A stretch of DNA of 63,996 nucleotides, filler included, from Bigelowiella natans CCMP2755 (GCA_000320545.1; 5 parts of 5 records of this genome joined end to end with filler, not necessarily neighbours in it), one strand, 5' to 3'; shown: positions 23,469 through 38,838, counted from the whole stretch's first letter. Made by a program: numbers and translations. Notes: a model not told the origin generated them from the letters alone.

Positions 23469-25133
23469 GATGGACGAATACTTAAATTATCATGAAAAGG
23501 TTCATCAAGAGCACCGTGAAGAAGCACCCGGACGAGGTGGTCACCAAATCGAAGGAAGGCAAGGAGAGGACGTTGGCTCAGGTCTTTAAGGATCTCCATC
23601 TAACGCCCTACGATCTCAGCATCGACAGTAAGAACATCCACCATCATTTTCCTCATTTTTCGAATCTACGCGTGTCCGCATACAAGTGGCTCTTCCTTCC
23701 CCCCCCCCTCCGATTGCCTTTCCCCTCATCGTTATCGTGAGGAGAGACTGCTGCGCTTTATTATTAAGACGCTGAGTAGTCTACTGTGCGTGCGTGTGTG
23801 CGTGTATATGGCAACAACAAACAATTCGCTCAATCAAATCCCAAGATAAAACGACCGATTGCACGGAATATGATGTTGTCGACATTAATACACGCATGCA
23901 GCATTGAACATGCGGGCGGAAAAGACCTTCCACCGATTCGACAAATTCAACACCAAGTACAACCCGATCGGCCAGCCGCTGCTCCGGGAGATATTCCTCA
24001 AGCAAAATAACCACATCAGGGGAAAGTAAGTAGTAGCAGTAGCAGTAGCTGAGTTGTAGTGTTGGTAGTCGAGGAGCTAGTGGTGGCAGCGCAGGGAGAC
24101 AACAAACGGGAAGGGGGGGGTGGGGTGGGGGGCGGAGATCTGAAGATTACACAAGAGGAAGAACACACACACACACACACACACACACACCGCTGCGTAA
24201 AGCGAATAAGAGAACACTGGACGAAACTAGCTGGTTGGACGCGCGAGCTCCGCATCACCACATATATAAAGTGTTATATCATTGAAAAAGTAGCGTTGTT
24301 TTCCCCACCATCGGAAGCTTGAGCCTTCCCATCAATGCCGATTCGAGCAATTCGTCATCGACCATTCAGCCCACTCGCCACGCTGTGCCTTCGTGGTTGA
24401 GAGTGTGTTTCGCGACCGCCGCACATCAGGTTTCTCGCGCAGCTGACGAGGCAGGTCTTCGACGATCTTGAGAACAACAAGTACCAGTTTGCGGAGTACC
24501 GCATCTCGATATATGGCCGACAGACGAACGAGTGGTACGGAAGAAACAAAACAGACGCAGTACCTATTCGTGATGTCGCTGTGCATGCGAGAAGGGCGTG
24601 ACCAACGCCCTCCCTTTTTAACCCCCTCCCCCCCTTCTTCCTCTCTTTTTCCTAAAAAGGGAAACGCTGGCGGCGTGGGTGGTGGACAATGAGCTTTGGA
24701 GCAAAAACGTGCGCTGGATGATCCAGGTGGGATTTGATGATCATGATGATGAGGAGGAGGAGGAGGAGGAGGAGGAGGAGGGGGAGGGGGGTAGATCTTG
24801 TTTAGCTTTTGCCACCATACAATAGAGATAACCCATCTCCCTCCCTCCCCCCCCTGCCCGCCCACCCTGATGCAGGTTCCGCGCTTATTCAAGCTATGGC
24901 GTAAGTTGGGGAAAGTGAAGACTTTCCAGGAGATGCTGGACAACATCTTCAGGGTAGTACTTGGTTTTGTTGTAATAGTGGGACTGTTTGCTACCCACGC
25001 TAGTAGATGTATCTTCGCACGAAGGGGGGGGGGGGAGGGGGGGAACAGGGGGGGGATAAGGCTAAAACTCCTTGCAGAATGTTTATAGCGTATTGATACC
25101 GAGTGGCGGTGTGTGAATATGCTGCACACACAA

Positions 25134-25168
<35 letters not shown>

Positions 25169-25325
25169 AATACACAAAGCCCGCTCATGATACCTCCATC
25201 CCTCCTGTGGGTTGCTGCTGTTGCCGCTGCTGTGGGTTGACTTTAGCCGCTGTTCCAAGCATCAGTAGACCCTGGTTCCTACCCGAGGCTTGCTGTTTTC
25301 TTAGAGCAGGTAGTTTCTCTCTTTC

Positions 25326-25373
<48 letters not shown>

Positions 25374-25735
25374 ATGGTGGTGAGAATCTTAATGATGTTC
25401 GGTGATTGATCCTGCTTGTATGATGATGGCTTTTCATCCCCCCCTCCCTCCCTTGATTTCGTCGCTAATTCTTGACCGTTTCCTCTCCTCTCGCCCTTGT
25501 TAGGTGATAGCCTTCGACTCTGTGGACGACGAGAGCCAACGCGAGAGAGGATACTTTGCCGGAATGCCTCTGGTAAGAAGAAAACGAACTAGCTGTTGGC
25601 TGTTGCTGCTGCTGCTTGCTGCTTGCTGCTGCTTCTACCGCCCTTCGTTGATTGAATGTCAGCAGCACAGGGTCCTCGCGTGGTTGCTGCAATAAGGGAG
25701 GGGAGGGGGTTTCGTTGAATTGTCTACCTGCTATG

Positions 25736-25767
<32 letters not shown>

Positions 25768-26367
25768 TGGGTTGGTTCTGAAGCCTTTTGCTTAGCGCTG
25801 TAGAACGAGGACAGCGATATTCTACTTCATATATGTATAGTTTTTGTAGTACATTCCAGTGTGATCCTTGCGCCGCCGCAACATCCGCAGCACAGCAATC
25901 CTTTCCCTCCATTCTCTCTCGAATTAGCGGCGTTAGCGGTCCATTGCTCGCGCACAAATGATATTACATCGTGCTCCGCATCAATCTCTCAGGCCGACGA
26001 ATGGGACGAGATTGAGAACCCTCCCTACTCGATGTGGAGCTACTACATGTACGCGAACATCGCAGTGCTGAACAAGCTCAGGTTCAGCAAGGGCATGAAT
26101 ACCTTCACCTACAGGCCTCATGCTGGAGAGGTTGTCGCCACATAACACACCATGTGCTTTCATCATATATGGGCGATTTAGCGTCTCTTTTCTTCTCCTT
26201 ACGATCGTCCTCATTCGTTGTGGTATTGTGACGATCCCTCACGCATGCTCCTCCTCTCTTTCTTTCTTTCTTTCTTTCCTTCCTTTCCCTGGTAATGCCA
26301 TTGCTGTGGTCCGCGATCTTGAGATGATCCCTCATCCCCCAACTATGTTCGGCGATACAAAAAAACA

Positions 26368-26398
<31 letters not shown>

Positions 26399-26915
26399 CA
26401 CACGCACGCACACACGCACGCACACAACATTTCTCCCCGCTTTTTGACGCCGGCTGCAGTTCAGCTGATGATTGCTTTTGATCCTCTCCTGCCATCGCCA
26501 CGCGTGCTTCTGGTGCCACTTTAAGGCCGGTGATATCGAGCATCTCGCAGCCACGTTCCTGACAGCGAACTCAATCAACCACGGTATCCTGCTGTACCAC
26601 TCCCCCGCGCTGCAATACCTCTACTACCTCGCGCAGATTGGAATCTCCATCTCCCCCCTCTCCAACAATCTACTCTTCTGCAAGTACGAGGACAACCCTT
26701 TCCCTCGGTTTTTCCGGCGGGGCTTGAATGTGACGTTGTCCACCGACGATCCTCTCATGATTCACGTCACGAAGGAGCCGCTCGTGGAGGAGTACTCCGT
26801 TGCGGCGCAGGTAGTTTGATGGACGGGGAAAGCGACAGCCTTTTTCTCGCTACCGCCGTTTTCTTCCACGCGTTTGGCTTTTGCCCCCTTCTCTTGTTCT
26901 TCCTTTTCCACTGGC

Positions 26916-26967
<52 letters not shown>

Positions 26968-27021
26968 GAGGAGTTGTATTCCTTGGCCTTCCAATTCCTC
27001 CAATTCCTCCTTGTTCCCCAC

Positions 27022-27057
<36 letters not shown>

Positions 27058-27578
27058 GCAACAACAGAAAAAATAACAACCGTTAGGTGTGGAAGCTTAC
27101 CTCCACCGACCTGTGCGAAATCGCTCGCAACTCGGTGCTCCAGAGCGGATTCCATCCCAAGTTCAAGGCGTACTGGGTTGGCCAGCACTACTGCGAGAAC
27201 GGGCCGAATAGTAATTCTTCACCCGCATTGATGACGATGTTGCCTGCAGTGGGGCCGATGCCGATAATGATGATGGATGATGATGATGATGATGATGATG
27301 ACGGTGGTAGATGACAAATGAGCGAATCTCTAGTTACGGAAGACACACACACACACACACACACACACACTGTTTTTGAGTGGCAGTGAAGGAGTTGTTG
27401 TGGTTGTGGTTGTTTGCGGCGGTAGGCAATGATGTCGCCCGGACGAATGTCCCCGACATTCGTGTCATGTACCGATGGGAGCTCTTACGGGAGGAGCTTG
27501 CGTACATCAACCATGCAAAGGAGAATCTGCAGAAGCAAATTCGCATTGATCTTGAGGGGGTACTAGTAGAGCATTATG

Positions 27579-27630
<52 letters not shown>

Positions 27631-27728
27631 ATATATTCCGCATTCAGCTCTCATTTTTCGCTTTGTGTTCGCTGTTGGTGATGCAGAAGTTTTCTCTCGC
27701 TGCAAGCCACAACGAAGAAAAGAAATAG
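20614..27728 (+). CDS. AMPD: AMP deaminase, about 19-20 exons (N-terminal exons tentative; one exon garbled by poor sequence)
   Basis: [60 protein letters not shown]|[51 protein letters not shown] and TNVPDIR. Confidence 0.96.
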
Positions 27729-28120
27729 CTGAATGGAAAGTCAACACGGCCTCGCCGCACACCTGGTCCTCAATATCCCCAAACCTGCCAGCGTATTTCG
27801 TAAAATCTCTCAGGTTGCGATTGTTATAGACGCTTCCAAAAAGGCGCACGAGTCAACTAGCGCCCACATTTGGAGAGGATAAGTGCATCACAGAGCAAAG
27901 CAAAATTTCAGTTACGAACGCCTGCTTTTTGCATGTTAATACTTCACCTGTGACGTCAAATAATTAGATTAACTATTTCCACATTAGAATTGGCCAATTA
28001 CGATGCCCGCATATCGACTCGCGCTAAATGCTACAGTGTATCTGCGGGCAGTCATCCGCGCAATGTCTATGTTATGTGTACCGTAACCACTTGCTATAAT
28101 AGAGAACGTAATATTATTTA

Positions 28121-28165
<45 letters not shown>

Positions 28166-28331
28166 TTATTACTATGTCTATAACTGCTAGGGCTGCGATG
28201 AGTAGGCGGCGGATCATAGCATTATAGTCTTTGCAGGCCGGCTGTATTTTTAGCATGTCTTGACGGGCACGTATACGCTCATATAAAACTACATTAGCCT
28301 ATCTTCGCAAAACCATTTTACATTGTGCAAA

Positions 28332-28413
28332 TGTACATAATAGACACAGCAATACACAATATATATTATATTATATATTATATATATAGTGTATTGCATG
28401 TCTATCATGTACA
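28332..28413. mobile_element. Small hairpin/MITE-like dispersed repeat (about 25-bp inverted arms, TA-rich spacer)
   Basis: tgtacataatagacacagcaatacac-[TA-rich]-gtgtattgcatgtctatcatgtaca. Related copies lie at 14702-14761, 14797-14821 and 42463-42479. Confidence 0.65.
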
Positions 28414-28880
28414 GGCAAGCTTATGGCCATTAGTATACATAAAAAGATAATATTGCGAAGCCAATGGTGATCACCATTGTGCACGCGTCACATAGCTAGA
28501 TAGCCTAGTGCTGGCTAGCTCATGTACATCGATATGTGCTAGCGCTGTTGTTGCTATTATTGCACGCGCAGAGGATTAATTATAGAATGCCAATTATTAG
28601 ACATTCGTTTTTGATATGATCTAGCACAATCGCACGATGCAACAGAGTAAAATCACCAGCTCAGCAGCTATGAGCAGCAGCGGAATACAAGATACACAGA
28701 CCTCGATTAAGCCCATGCTCGTTGCCTTCAAGAATATCGAAGCAAATGTACCTGGTGCTGCTCCGTGATACGGGTAAATGCACAGCATGCCAATTCGAAT
28801 AATTTCTTTTACAACTTTGTCATCGACATCAAAAGCCAGTGACTACAATGTTATCGGACCGGCGCAAGTCCCTCCAGCCA

Positions 28881-31059
28881 TCATTTGTGCATCGACTTGT
28901 CTAGTAGCGCTTCGCGCATCCAATCGTGTAGAATGCCTGGGCTGTCTTGGACAGCCTGCACACCGCGCACAGATAGACGCATGAGAGATACCAACGAAAT
29001 GAGCAGATCCATCAATGAAAATTGTTAAGCTTAACCATAGAAAGGTTTTAAAAGAATAAAAAAACTTCGACTCGTTCTGTTTCCAAGTCTCTCATAGGAA
29101 CTCGGACGTCGGATTGGTTGACGAACCTTCTTGAGAAATTGCTGTGTACGCCTCTCCCACCAAACTTCGGACACCTGCTCGAATCACAACCGCACCATCA
29201 CGAAAAGGGACTTAACGCGTAGGTTTTAGCAGATCAAAAGTAAACAAAGTCTCAAATACAACGAATCGAACCCAACCCCCAAAAGCGTCTCATGGGCATG
29301 ATGACAGGTTCCAGCTCCTCCCCCCCCCCCTCCCTGATTCTTTCTGTTTTTCTTTCTCTAAAAACCCAATCGTGGAGGCTGTAGGAGTTGGGGTACAGCG
29401 AGATGTTCTCTTTCCCACAGTCCTGCAGGGGAGACACAAGGACAGGAACAGCAGCCAAAATGAGAAAAACTCCGATATTCCCCTCTCTCTCTTTGTGTGT
29501 TTGTGTGTGCATGCAAAATAGGACAAAATAATTTCGCCTTTCGGAGACGACCAATGGCAAAATTCGCGTCATAGGAGCCAAGCTCGAAAAGACACAAAAA
29601 GCACACGAACCTGCAGCGGGCAGTAGATGTGCTTCAAGTACTCCACCACAAAGTCCCGGCGAGCTGCGAGGGGAGAGTTATCGTGCAATGCCCAGAGGAT
29701 GAGTCGGAAAAAGAAATAGAGAGCACAGGGAGGGCAGAATACACGGAATGAATGGAGATAATCGTAGATTCTTCAGGATGCTATCTCTCTAAACATCATC
29801 ATCATCATCATCATCATCAAGAGTCCGTCTGACTGTGTTTGTGTGCGTGCGTGCGTGTGTGTGTGTGTGTGTGCGTGTGTGCGCGTGTTAGGGTCAAACT
29901 TAAAAAGTGTTAGCGATGCAGATGGTGATATGAGCAGTTGGGCAAACGATTTGTACCTTCATCAAGATTGCTGTAAACACCCTTTTCCTCCTCCCCCACG
30001 TTCGTTTGGCGGCTGCTTACACTTCTGTTGCGCCGACTTGAAGGATCCTTGCGCCAAAGAATCGACACACGCGGTGGCTCATCGCTAATATCCTCTATAC
30101 CCATATCGACATAACAAACAAATAAAGATAAATCGATGCAAAAGGAAAAATTGTGCAATCGAATCCCTCTCTTTATAAAGTAGACACGCACCATTCCACG
30201 CGCGGAGGGCGGGCGCAAAGATGGTGTCCATAAACCAGCCTACGAACAGCAGCGGTGAACTACGGCATTCTCAACGATTCATAAGCTACATGCGCGACAC
30301 CCCCCCCCCCCCCCCCCGTAAAACGAAAGGCCTTTTTTTTTTAAATTGGTATGACGGGGCGCAGTGAAGGGGCCTATGTATTTAGATGTTTTCGAGTTGC
30401 ACGCACATATTGCGATTGCGGATGTAATGCGAGGGAACCCAGCGACGTCCACGGTCCACTCTCCATGCCGCAAGTCATGAAACTGTGTAATTGACAGAGC
30501 AGAACTTAGCATTTAATTATATTAACACACACACGCGCGACGCAGCATGTGCGTGTGTGTTTTATGCACCAAATAGTATTACGTGTACGCAAAGAAGAAG
30601 AAGAAGTGGAAGAAGAAGAAGAAGAAGAGGGCATTCCTACGACAACGATAGAGATTGTTCGTGCAATTACCAACGGAATCTCCTTATTTCGGAGCATCAT
30701 GATATCCCTGAACGCGCGGGCCGCTACGTCGTACGACGACAGGCTGACACTCTCAACGAGGTCCATTGCGCACTATTACGAACGATTGGGGAAAATAATT
30801 ATGATGCTGCTGATGCTGTTGCTGCTGCTCTTGATGATGGCGATAATGGTGAAAAGGGATTGTTTTTTTTAATGGCCACTAGAGCATCCAGATGAATGCT
30901 GGCAGTATCACGGAACATTGAAGTGTAACATAGCGGGCCTACCCTTGGGTTCTGGCTGGTGAGAATCGGAAGTAGTTGTTCCGTCGTCTCGTAATCTTCC
31001 AGCATCTGTTCAGCACCCGAACCACAGTAGGAGGCAAGATATATGTTATCGAAATCACA

Positions 31060-31096
<37 letters not shown>

Positions 31097-31777
31097 TTAT
31101 ATATATCTATATCTATTATAATATGTACGTCAACGTAAGACGCAGCAATGGCCATGCTTGCGCACGCTGCAGCATCAGTTTAGTTTCCGACCGCTGAGGT
31201 GTACAGTGCGATTCGATTGAGCGTCAAACTATCTTCTTTCCGGTACTCCTCCGGGATGGCCTTCCACACCTGCGGTAGAGCGCCAAAGCAACAAGCATGG
31301 TGAGTTTGAACGGACGACGAATCAAGCTGCGAACACGCGAATGCACCTATACACGCACAGACGATATATCATTGTGCTTGGCAGATGTAACACGGTCGCA
31401 GTTAGGGATCCCAAGATGCAAAACGAGGCAAAGCTGCTTGATATTAATCATATTTGGAACATCCGGTACCTCGTAAGCTTCAGGGAACTTGAAAGCGAAT
31501 AACTGTGCAGTCAAAATCGCCTCGTAGTCCTGCGCAGTGTAGAGATATTGTCCGGACTCAAAACGGAAGTATACTCACGGAGCATTAGAGAAATTACAAA
31601 AGGAGCTACTAACTATCAAAACAGAGGGTTTCTCCCGCCACGAGCGGTTTCGCGTTATTCCCTTGCCGCTAATTGCCGAATTTTCTTCGAAAGTTGCCCT
31701 ATTATTCTGTCCGTATTTCCAATAAATTCCTCACCCACCCTGCTAGGCACCATTCCCCTCTTTACATGTAAATATAA

Positions 31778-31816
<39 letters not shown>

Positions 31817-32025
31817 CGTAAGAGCAGGCTTGGCTATCGACAAATTTGACGAAGATGCAGCAGTAGAAGAAGAAGGCCACAGTGAGGCCGCCTGGATTCC
31901 ACCACCATCGTTTTTATTTCCTACTTTGAACGCCCAAAGAGCCATAGCGTTGAGGTGTGCTGCGCTCTCTTCAATATTTGTCTCTGCAAATACATACACA
32001 GGGAATTTAATTGCGCACAAAACAC

Positions 32026-32060
<35 letters not shown>

Positions 32061-32438
32061 GTTGACCCACCCAATCAATGTCTTGGATGTCCACTGTCTA
32101 TACGAGTAGAATGTATGGTTCTCTTGTGCGCACATCAAATTCAATAATCACCTTTGATATCCCCTTCGGTTAGATCTGGCGTCGTCTTCGTCAGATCTTT
32201 TACAATGACTCCTGAGCGAGTTGAGGATTCAGAGGTGAGTCGAAAAAGAATCATCTTGAATTCTCAAGGAGGAGGTGCGTGCATTCTTGCTGCTTCTCTC
32301 TCCCGCGACTAAAGGCGTGTGCGCTTTAAAGTTGTTTGAATCTTTTTGTGTACTATTTAGCACGTGTTTGCACTACACGGACACGCGCTATAGCACGATA
32401 GCAAATGCCTCAAAACTATGTGTCACAAGCAAACGATT

Positions 32439-32480
<42 letters not shown>

Positions 32481-33270
32481 ATATCTTTCACGCTCCATAG
32501 AAAGAAAGGGGGGGGGGGGTTGGGGGAAGGCAGGAGGGATAGCATTTATCAACCTAGTTTTTTGCAGAATGAATCCATTGCCTTCGAAAATTTACCACAA
32601 CAAAATTTACACTTTTTTAAAAACATCAACTGATCATCACTGCTATCTTACTCTCTCCCTCCCTCTCTCGCCCCCCTCCCTTTCCTCCCATTGGCACTCG
32701 GCAGAGCGGCGACAGGTTTTAGATTTAGAAAAAAGGAAAACATCGTTTTGACCTCCTCGCCTGAGCGCCAATCGAGCTGCAGCCTTCACAAAGCACATAA
32801 AGAGTAGCTCATTTATACGAACCAGCAAAAGACACCCACGCACGCACAAACCAACGACGAAAGTACATCTGCACGCGCGTATTCAACGCAATATCTACAT
32901 ATCCGAGTCTCGCTCGTATGCGTATTTCAGACCTTGATGAAATTCCTTGGCTTCGGAGCGCCTCGATGCCGTTCCGAGCCTTCTCTGCGGAAGGCCCAGA
33001 AGGAGCCCGTCGTTCCGCGCATAGCCGCCCGATCAGTAAATACAAACAACAACTTATCAATGCTTGGTCCAAATGCAACAAACGCGCACAGAAAGAAAGA
33101 AAGAAAGAAAGAAAGAGAGGACAAGAGAGGAGGGGGGGGAGGCTATCACTCTCGCACCTATTTCGTTGAAGTGGAAGATCCCTACTGCCTGCTGCGACAA
33201 GGCTGAGAGCATCCAAAAAGCTTGCATTCAGCATGTACAATTCACACTCACACACATATTATAGAAATAT

Positions 33271-33307
<37 letters not shown>

Positions 33308-35248
33308 CAAATATTATGCCCTTCTCGATCTGTTCCCGATATACACTATGACTTCTTCAACCGCTACTAGCTGTGCTCTCAAAAGCCCCGCAACATCTAC
33401 TACTCCTAATGCTACTCCTACTCCTCCTCCTGCTGCTGCTGCTGCACATACGACGACTCACCTCCACTCCCTTTGATGCTGGGCCCTCGTTTCGCATGCG
33501 AGGGAACCGGACTGAATAAGGCGTTTGGATCATTCGCGAGGATGTCACATGTCACACACTTCATGTATTCACGTGCGTGCGTGTATGTGCGTGCGGGCGG
33601 GTGCGCGCGGAGATATCATCTAGTGATTGCGCTAGGTGCTGAATGCTCGGTCGGATTTCGCGCAATGCTGACGGGGTAGTAGTACTCCCGAACGACGCAC
33701 GCACCATGTCGCCCACGTCATCATCTTCCGCTGCCGTGGGAACTTCTCTACCACCACCCGGAACACAGAGGAGCGCCTTTTGGAGCGGACGGGAAACGTC
33801 CTCATTTGGTCCATCAAGACATCGGAGCAGGAGGAAGGGGAGGAGGAGGAGGAAGGTCTCCCGGCCCGAACTAACGGCAATATGGCTAGCTGCCATATAA
33901 GCCTGTGTTCCAACGGATGGGGAGGGGGGGATTATATTTTATCGTCGGACATTAGTTGGACAGTCGTTATGTAGGATGTGGTAACACAAAACTCTCGTCA
34001 ATGTGGTCATTATCATCATCGTCGTCGCTGCTAAGGTAAAACGCGTCTCTCTCGTCGCTCCGCAGCAGCGCCACCATCACCACCGCCGTTGGCTATGTAT
34101 TGCACGCCTTCCTCCCCAAACACAAACGAAAAGACTACTCGGTGATGAGGGGCCACTCGACGTCTGGGGGCATTGCTTTCTTTGCTGGGGCTTCGGTGGT
34201 GGAACGTATTGCAGCACCTTCACCATACTTCGTCTCGGATGGGCCTGCTGCTGTGGCGTCTATCTTCAATGGAGGCCTTCCATCATCCACACCCGTCCTT
34301 GCTGCCTCCACTTGCCCTCCGGTGGAGGCCGCGGTCCGGTGCGTCTCTTCTGTTGATAAGGATTGTTCTCTTTGCAATAGATACACCCCAAAGACTCCTG
34401 GAGGAGGAGGAGGAGGAGGAAGGAGGGGAAGAAAAATGCATTGAATCCTTTAGTACTCACAGCGGAGATGATGCACGCATATATGGGCGAATGGACCCCA
34501 GGAGTGCGTAACCCCCCTGTCCCCTTCTCCCGCGCATAGACATGGTGCTCACAATGCAGTCAAAATCGAGGCTTTTAATGGATCTCTCCTCTGTTCGCGT
34601 TCCGCAAATGTTATTGCGCTGTACAAGCCGCGAGCTCTTTTTCTTACTGCATGCTCTTCGAAGCTGCCCGTCCGCGTGGCACTTGCGCATGGCCTGCGAC
34701 AATCGTTCGGGGGGGGCAGATGGAGAGGGGAGGATCGTCAGCGTTCGCATAATATGCGCATTCATTCCATACTCCAACGCCCGTTTGCATCACCCCCCCC
34801 AAAACCCATACTCCGCGCAAAAAAAAAGCAATCTCACGACAAAAATGCTTCATTCGTGCTGTGCTGCGCTGTGTGCTGGTAGACATCTATTCAATGAACA
34901 GCCTCACCAGAAGGAACGCCTCCGTTGTGAGCGGGGCCTGACGAGTAGTGGCCATGATGTCCATGCATCGAAATATGTCGCAGTCAGCGTTGATTCCACT
35001 CAACTCGCCTTGGGCATCTCCCGAAGCTTTCGCCACGGCTGCTGGCGCCATAGAAGCCAATCGCAGCGCGCAGAAGTGCGCACTGGGACGCCCCAATGAT
35101 GGCAAACAACGATGGCGTGAGAGACGAATGGGTAATGTCAATGCGAAAGTAGCAGCGGCAGTAGTAGCAGTTGTAGTAGTAGTAGTAGTAGTAGTAGTTG
35201 TTCTTGTTGTTTTGGTTGTAGTTGCTGATGTTCTGCGTCGCATATGTG

Positions 35249-35297
<49 letters not shown>

Positions 35298-35447
35298 ACC
35301 TCTTGTCTCGGATGCGGATTCCACTTTCGAAGGCGAAGTTGTATGGAATGAAAACCCATGCTCGGACCGCAGCTTGATCGGCCGCCTGAAGGCGTGTATG
35401 GACGGCTCAGTTAGTTTCACAGATTTATTTTGGGGGGAAGGGGGGGG

Positions 35448-35478
<31 letters not shown>

Positions 35479-36242
35479 TCTCCCCGAGAAACGGCAGAAA
35501 AAAAATTGGCCAGGAAACATCAGCTGTCTCTACCTTCATCAAGTTCTGGCATATCTGTGCGAACGTGCCCTCCGCGGACGCGGTGAGATGCAGGCGAAAG
35601 TGTCGAAAATCCTTCGCTACGCTGCCGAACAGCACGCGCTTCAGTTCCAAGAGTACCTGACGGCACAGAGAGCGTTATCGCTCCATGGCGCGACCCAAAG
35701 CATTGCCATTCCAACAACACCGAGAAACCCCTCGGTGCTGCTGCTGCTACTTACTGCTGCTACTTGCTACTTTCTGGCAAATCCCATATATACGCACTCC
35801 CCACCAGCAGCTCCATGAATATATCCACGCTCAACGATGGCAAACGCGCACAAGCACGACAGCTGACCTTTGGTCCGCAGGCCAGGACTAGCCGCGCCGC
35901 CTCCTCCCTCCCCCCATCTCCCTCCCTGTGCCCCGAAGCGATATTCGCAAGGGCGGCGGACGAAGTGAGGAGAAATTTTGTGCGGCAGCGAGTCAAGGTG
36001 TGGATTGCTTGGGTGATATGCGGCTTGAGTCTGTGCTTCTTTCCGCCGCTGTTATTACTACCACTGCTGCTGCCAGATTCATCAGGAGCTGGCTCGCTCG
36101 CATGGCGGAGGTGCGGGGATTGTGTCCGCCCTAGCGTCTTGACGATGCGGCAGTAGAGCGCTATCACACTCTCCACTAGCCTCGCCTGCCGATGAGCACC
36201 TGCACACGTTGGTAGTGGCTGTGTGTGTGTCTCTCTCCCCCC

Positions 36243-36308
<66 letters not shown>

Positions 36309-36579
36309 GGTATGTTGGTTGTGCATCCTGGAACGTCCTTCCAAGCCCATGCTTAGCACACACGCACAAACAAACTAGTAGCAAATTTCAGCGGCAGGAT
36401 GACGAGGGCCCATCCATCATCGGTATATATCTACCAAATATCGTGCTGAGGGCGATGAGGATCCGGGCAATATCTTCGAACATCGTAACCTGACCGCCAC
36501 CCCTTTCTATCGATGAAAGCTCATCAACTAAGCTCTCCCCATCTACACGGCAAACACGCACACACAAACATATGTTTAC

Positions 36580-36617
<38 letters not shown>

Positions 36618-36681
36618 GTGTGTGTGTGTGTGTATGTGTGTGTGTGTGTGGAGAGAGAGAAAGAGAGAGAGAGGGAGAAAC

Positions 36682-36714
<33 letters not shown>

Positions 36715-36720
36715 CATTGT

Positions 36721-36758
<38 letters not shown>

Positions 36759-37540
36759 TAAGAAGTTAGGAGTAATCTTCATCCCAATTGTTATCGTCGT
36801 TTATCACCATCATCATCATCGTTATTAAAATCATAGTTTCTCCTCCTCATCGCCATTAATGTCAGCGAGCTGCTGTATGGCTCTGCTATATACATGGGGG
36901 CAATATACACCTAGAGATTGGTAAATCTGAAGAGCTTCCTTGATGTTCTTCGTCTTCTTCGCACACTCCTCCACCACATGAACAAGTCTGAAAAGAAGAG
37001 AAGGGGGTGGAGGGGATGGGATTATGGCATGAGGGGATTATCGATGCATAATCCATTATCATCATTCTCATCATCAGTATCATCCCTCAAACTCTCTACT
37101 TGCCCCCCCCCCCCCCCTTCTTGTCTGTTGTTGGAGATCATACGTCGAGAAGTGATGCTGGATGCCATGCTGTGCAACCATCCTCCGATATATTCCCATG
37201 AGAACCTCGTCGTTGCCACGAGCCCTTTGTGAGGCCGGACGCCGCTGCTGCATCGACCGAGGCGACAAGTAAGATCCGAAAGGACCTTCTATGTTCTTGG
37301 GGTCGCGTACATTATGAATGCTGCCGCTCGCTTCGTCGTCTTGCTCGCCTTTCCCTCCCATGTACGTAACCCAGCCCTGCGATGGAGTGATGAGGGGGTG
37401 GACCAAAGCTTCAGTTGTAAATGAAAATTTAATCAACTTCGAGCAGTGGCGTCATTTCATCCCATTCTTCCCTATTCCCGTACAAGAGGCTTCTGTTTCC
37501 CTCTCCCCCCCCTCTCTCTCTATCACGCGTGCACGTGCGC

Positions 37541-37576
<36 letters not shown>

Positions 37577-38838
37577 TTGTAAGATGTGGAGTTCCGTTCT
37601 CTACCCCCTCCCCGTAGCCACCATATTGGTGATCACCTTGATGAGCATGTGATACGCCGAAATGGAGAGGAGGAGTCCCCCTTGCCGCCTTAAACCCCTC
37701 CTCCTCGGTTGAAGATCACCTACACTCTCGCCCATTTCTTCGCTGGATTCTGCGAGCGCGGCGGCGGTGACGACGACGGCCTCCGTGTGGACGTATCGTA
37801 TTATTTGTCTAGCATCCTCCAGCAGGTGCTGAGATGTGCGGGGAGGTGAAGGCGAGGAGGAAGAAGATGATGATGACGGTGATGAGGGTGTCTCGACGAT
37901 AGAGTTCATGCGGGAGAGGTATGTCTTCAGCACAAGCTCGGTAATCTGCGATCGTACAGTGGAGAGCACCGCAAGAACCTCAGCTTCTCCCCTCTCTTCT
38001 TGCCATGTCTGAAGAAGGTTGAAGCCACGTAGAGGAAGGGGGAGGGGGGGCGGGGAAGAGGCGTGAAAAGGCGGGAGTATGTCAGCGAATGAAAAGCTCA
38101 GATGCCATGGCAGCTAGCATGTTTAGCAGACCGACCGTTTGGATTTCCTGTGTTGCTTTTGTCCTTCCGATGTATCCGTAAAGGAGATCCTGTGTTGGTG
38201 CCGCACAGAGGACATCGAGCAGCTGCATCGCTGCTGATGCAGAAGGACCTTTCCGGATCAAAGGGGAAAATCAATCGTGTAAACTGCACGCCAAGATACT
38301 CCACTCACACTCACATACCGTGAATTGCTGCCATATGCTTCACAGCCTCCTCGCAGGCAAGATACAGCTGGTATTAAAAAAGAAAGTATGAGGATCGATC
38401 TTGGGATGGGGTTCAGGCTCCTAAACGTAGCCACCCGGTTCGATACGGTACCTCTTCGGCGATTCGTTTGAGAATCTGTCCTGAATTTTCGACTCGAGCC
38501 TTTGTACTTCCAACATCTGCGCTCAGGCCCTCGGTTACCAGCCTCTCCGCTTCGCGGTGATCGTTCCATGCCACCGAGTTCCGGATGATGTTGTGCAGCA
38601 TTGCAGCCACGTCTCTGTTTGCCAAGTCGCTGCGCCCCCACTCCTTCGCGTCATGAAAAGCAGGCTCGAGTGAGGAGGAGGGTGTCTCTGGACCTGACAA
38701 CTTTGAGAAGCTTCTTCGCCGTATGCTCTCCCCTAGAGGAGGCAGAACCCTTCTGCGGTGATGGATTCTGAAGGTTACCGACCTTGTTCGTCTCCATAGG
38801 CTTGCCCTCCTTGCCACTGGAGCACCAGGGCGGAGCAT
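28881..38838 (-). CDS. Long multi-exon helical-repeat (PPR-like) protein with mitochondrial presequence and C-terminal Smr-like domain
   Basis: Arg-rich N-terminus MLRPGAPVARRASLWRRTRSV...RRRSFS. PPR-like pieces: SAYHMLIK, LMGIYRRMVAQHGIQHHFSTY, EAFLLAMRKCHADGQLRRA. C-terminus WTVDVAGFPRITSAIAICWF...PPRVSILW...RRDFVVEYLKHIYCPL...SLHDW. Some middle junctions are unresolved, so it could be two genes. Confidence 0.55.
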
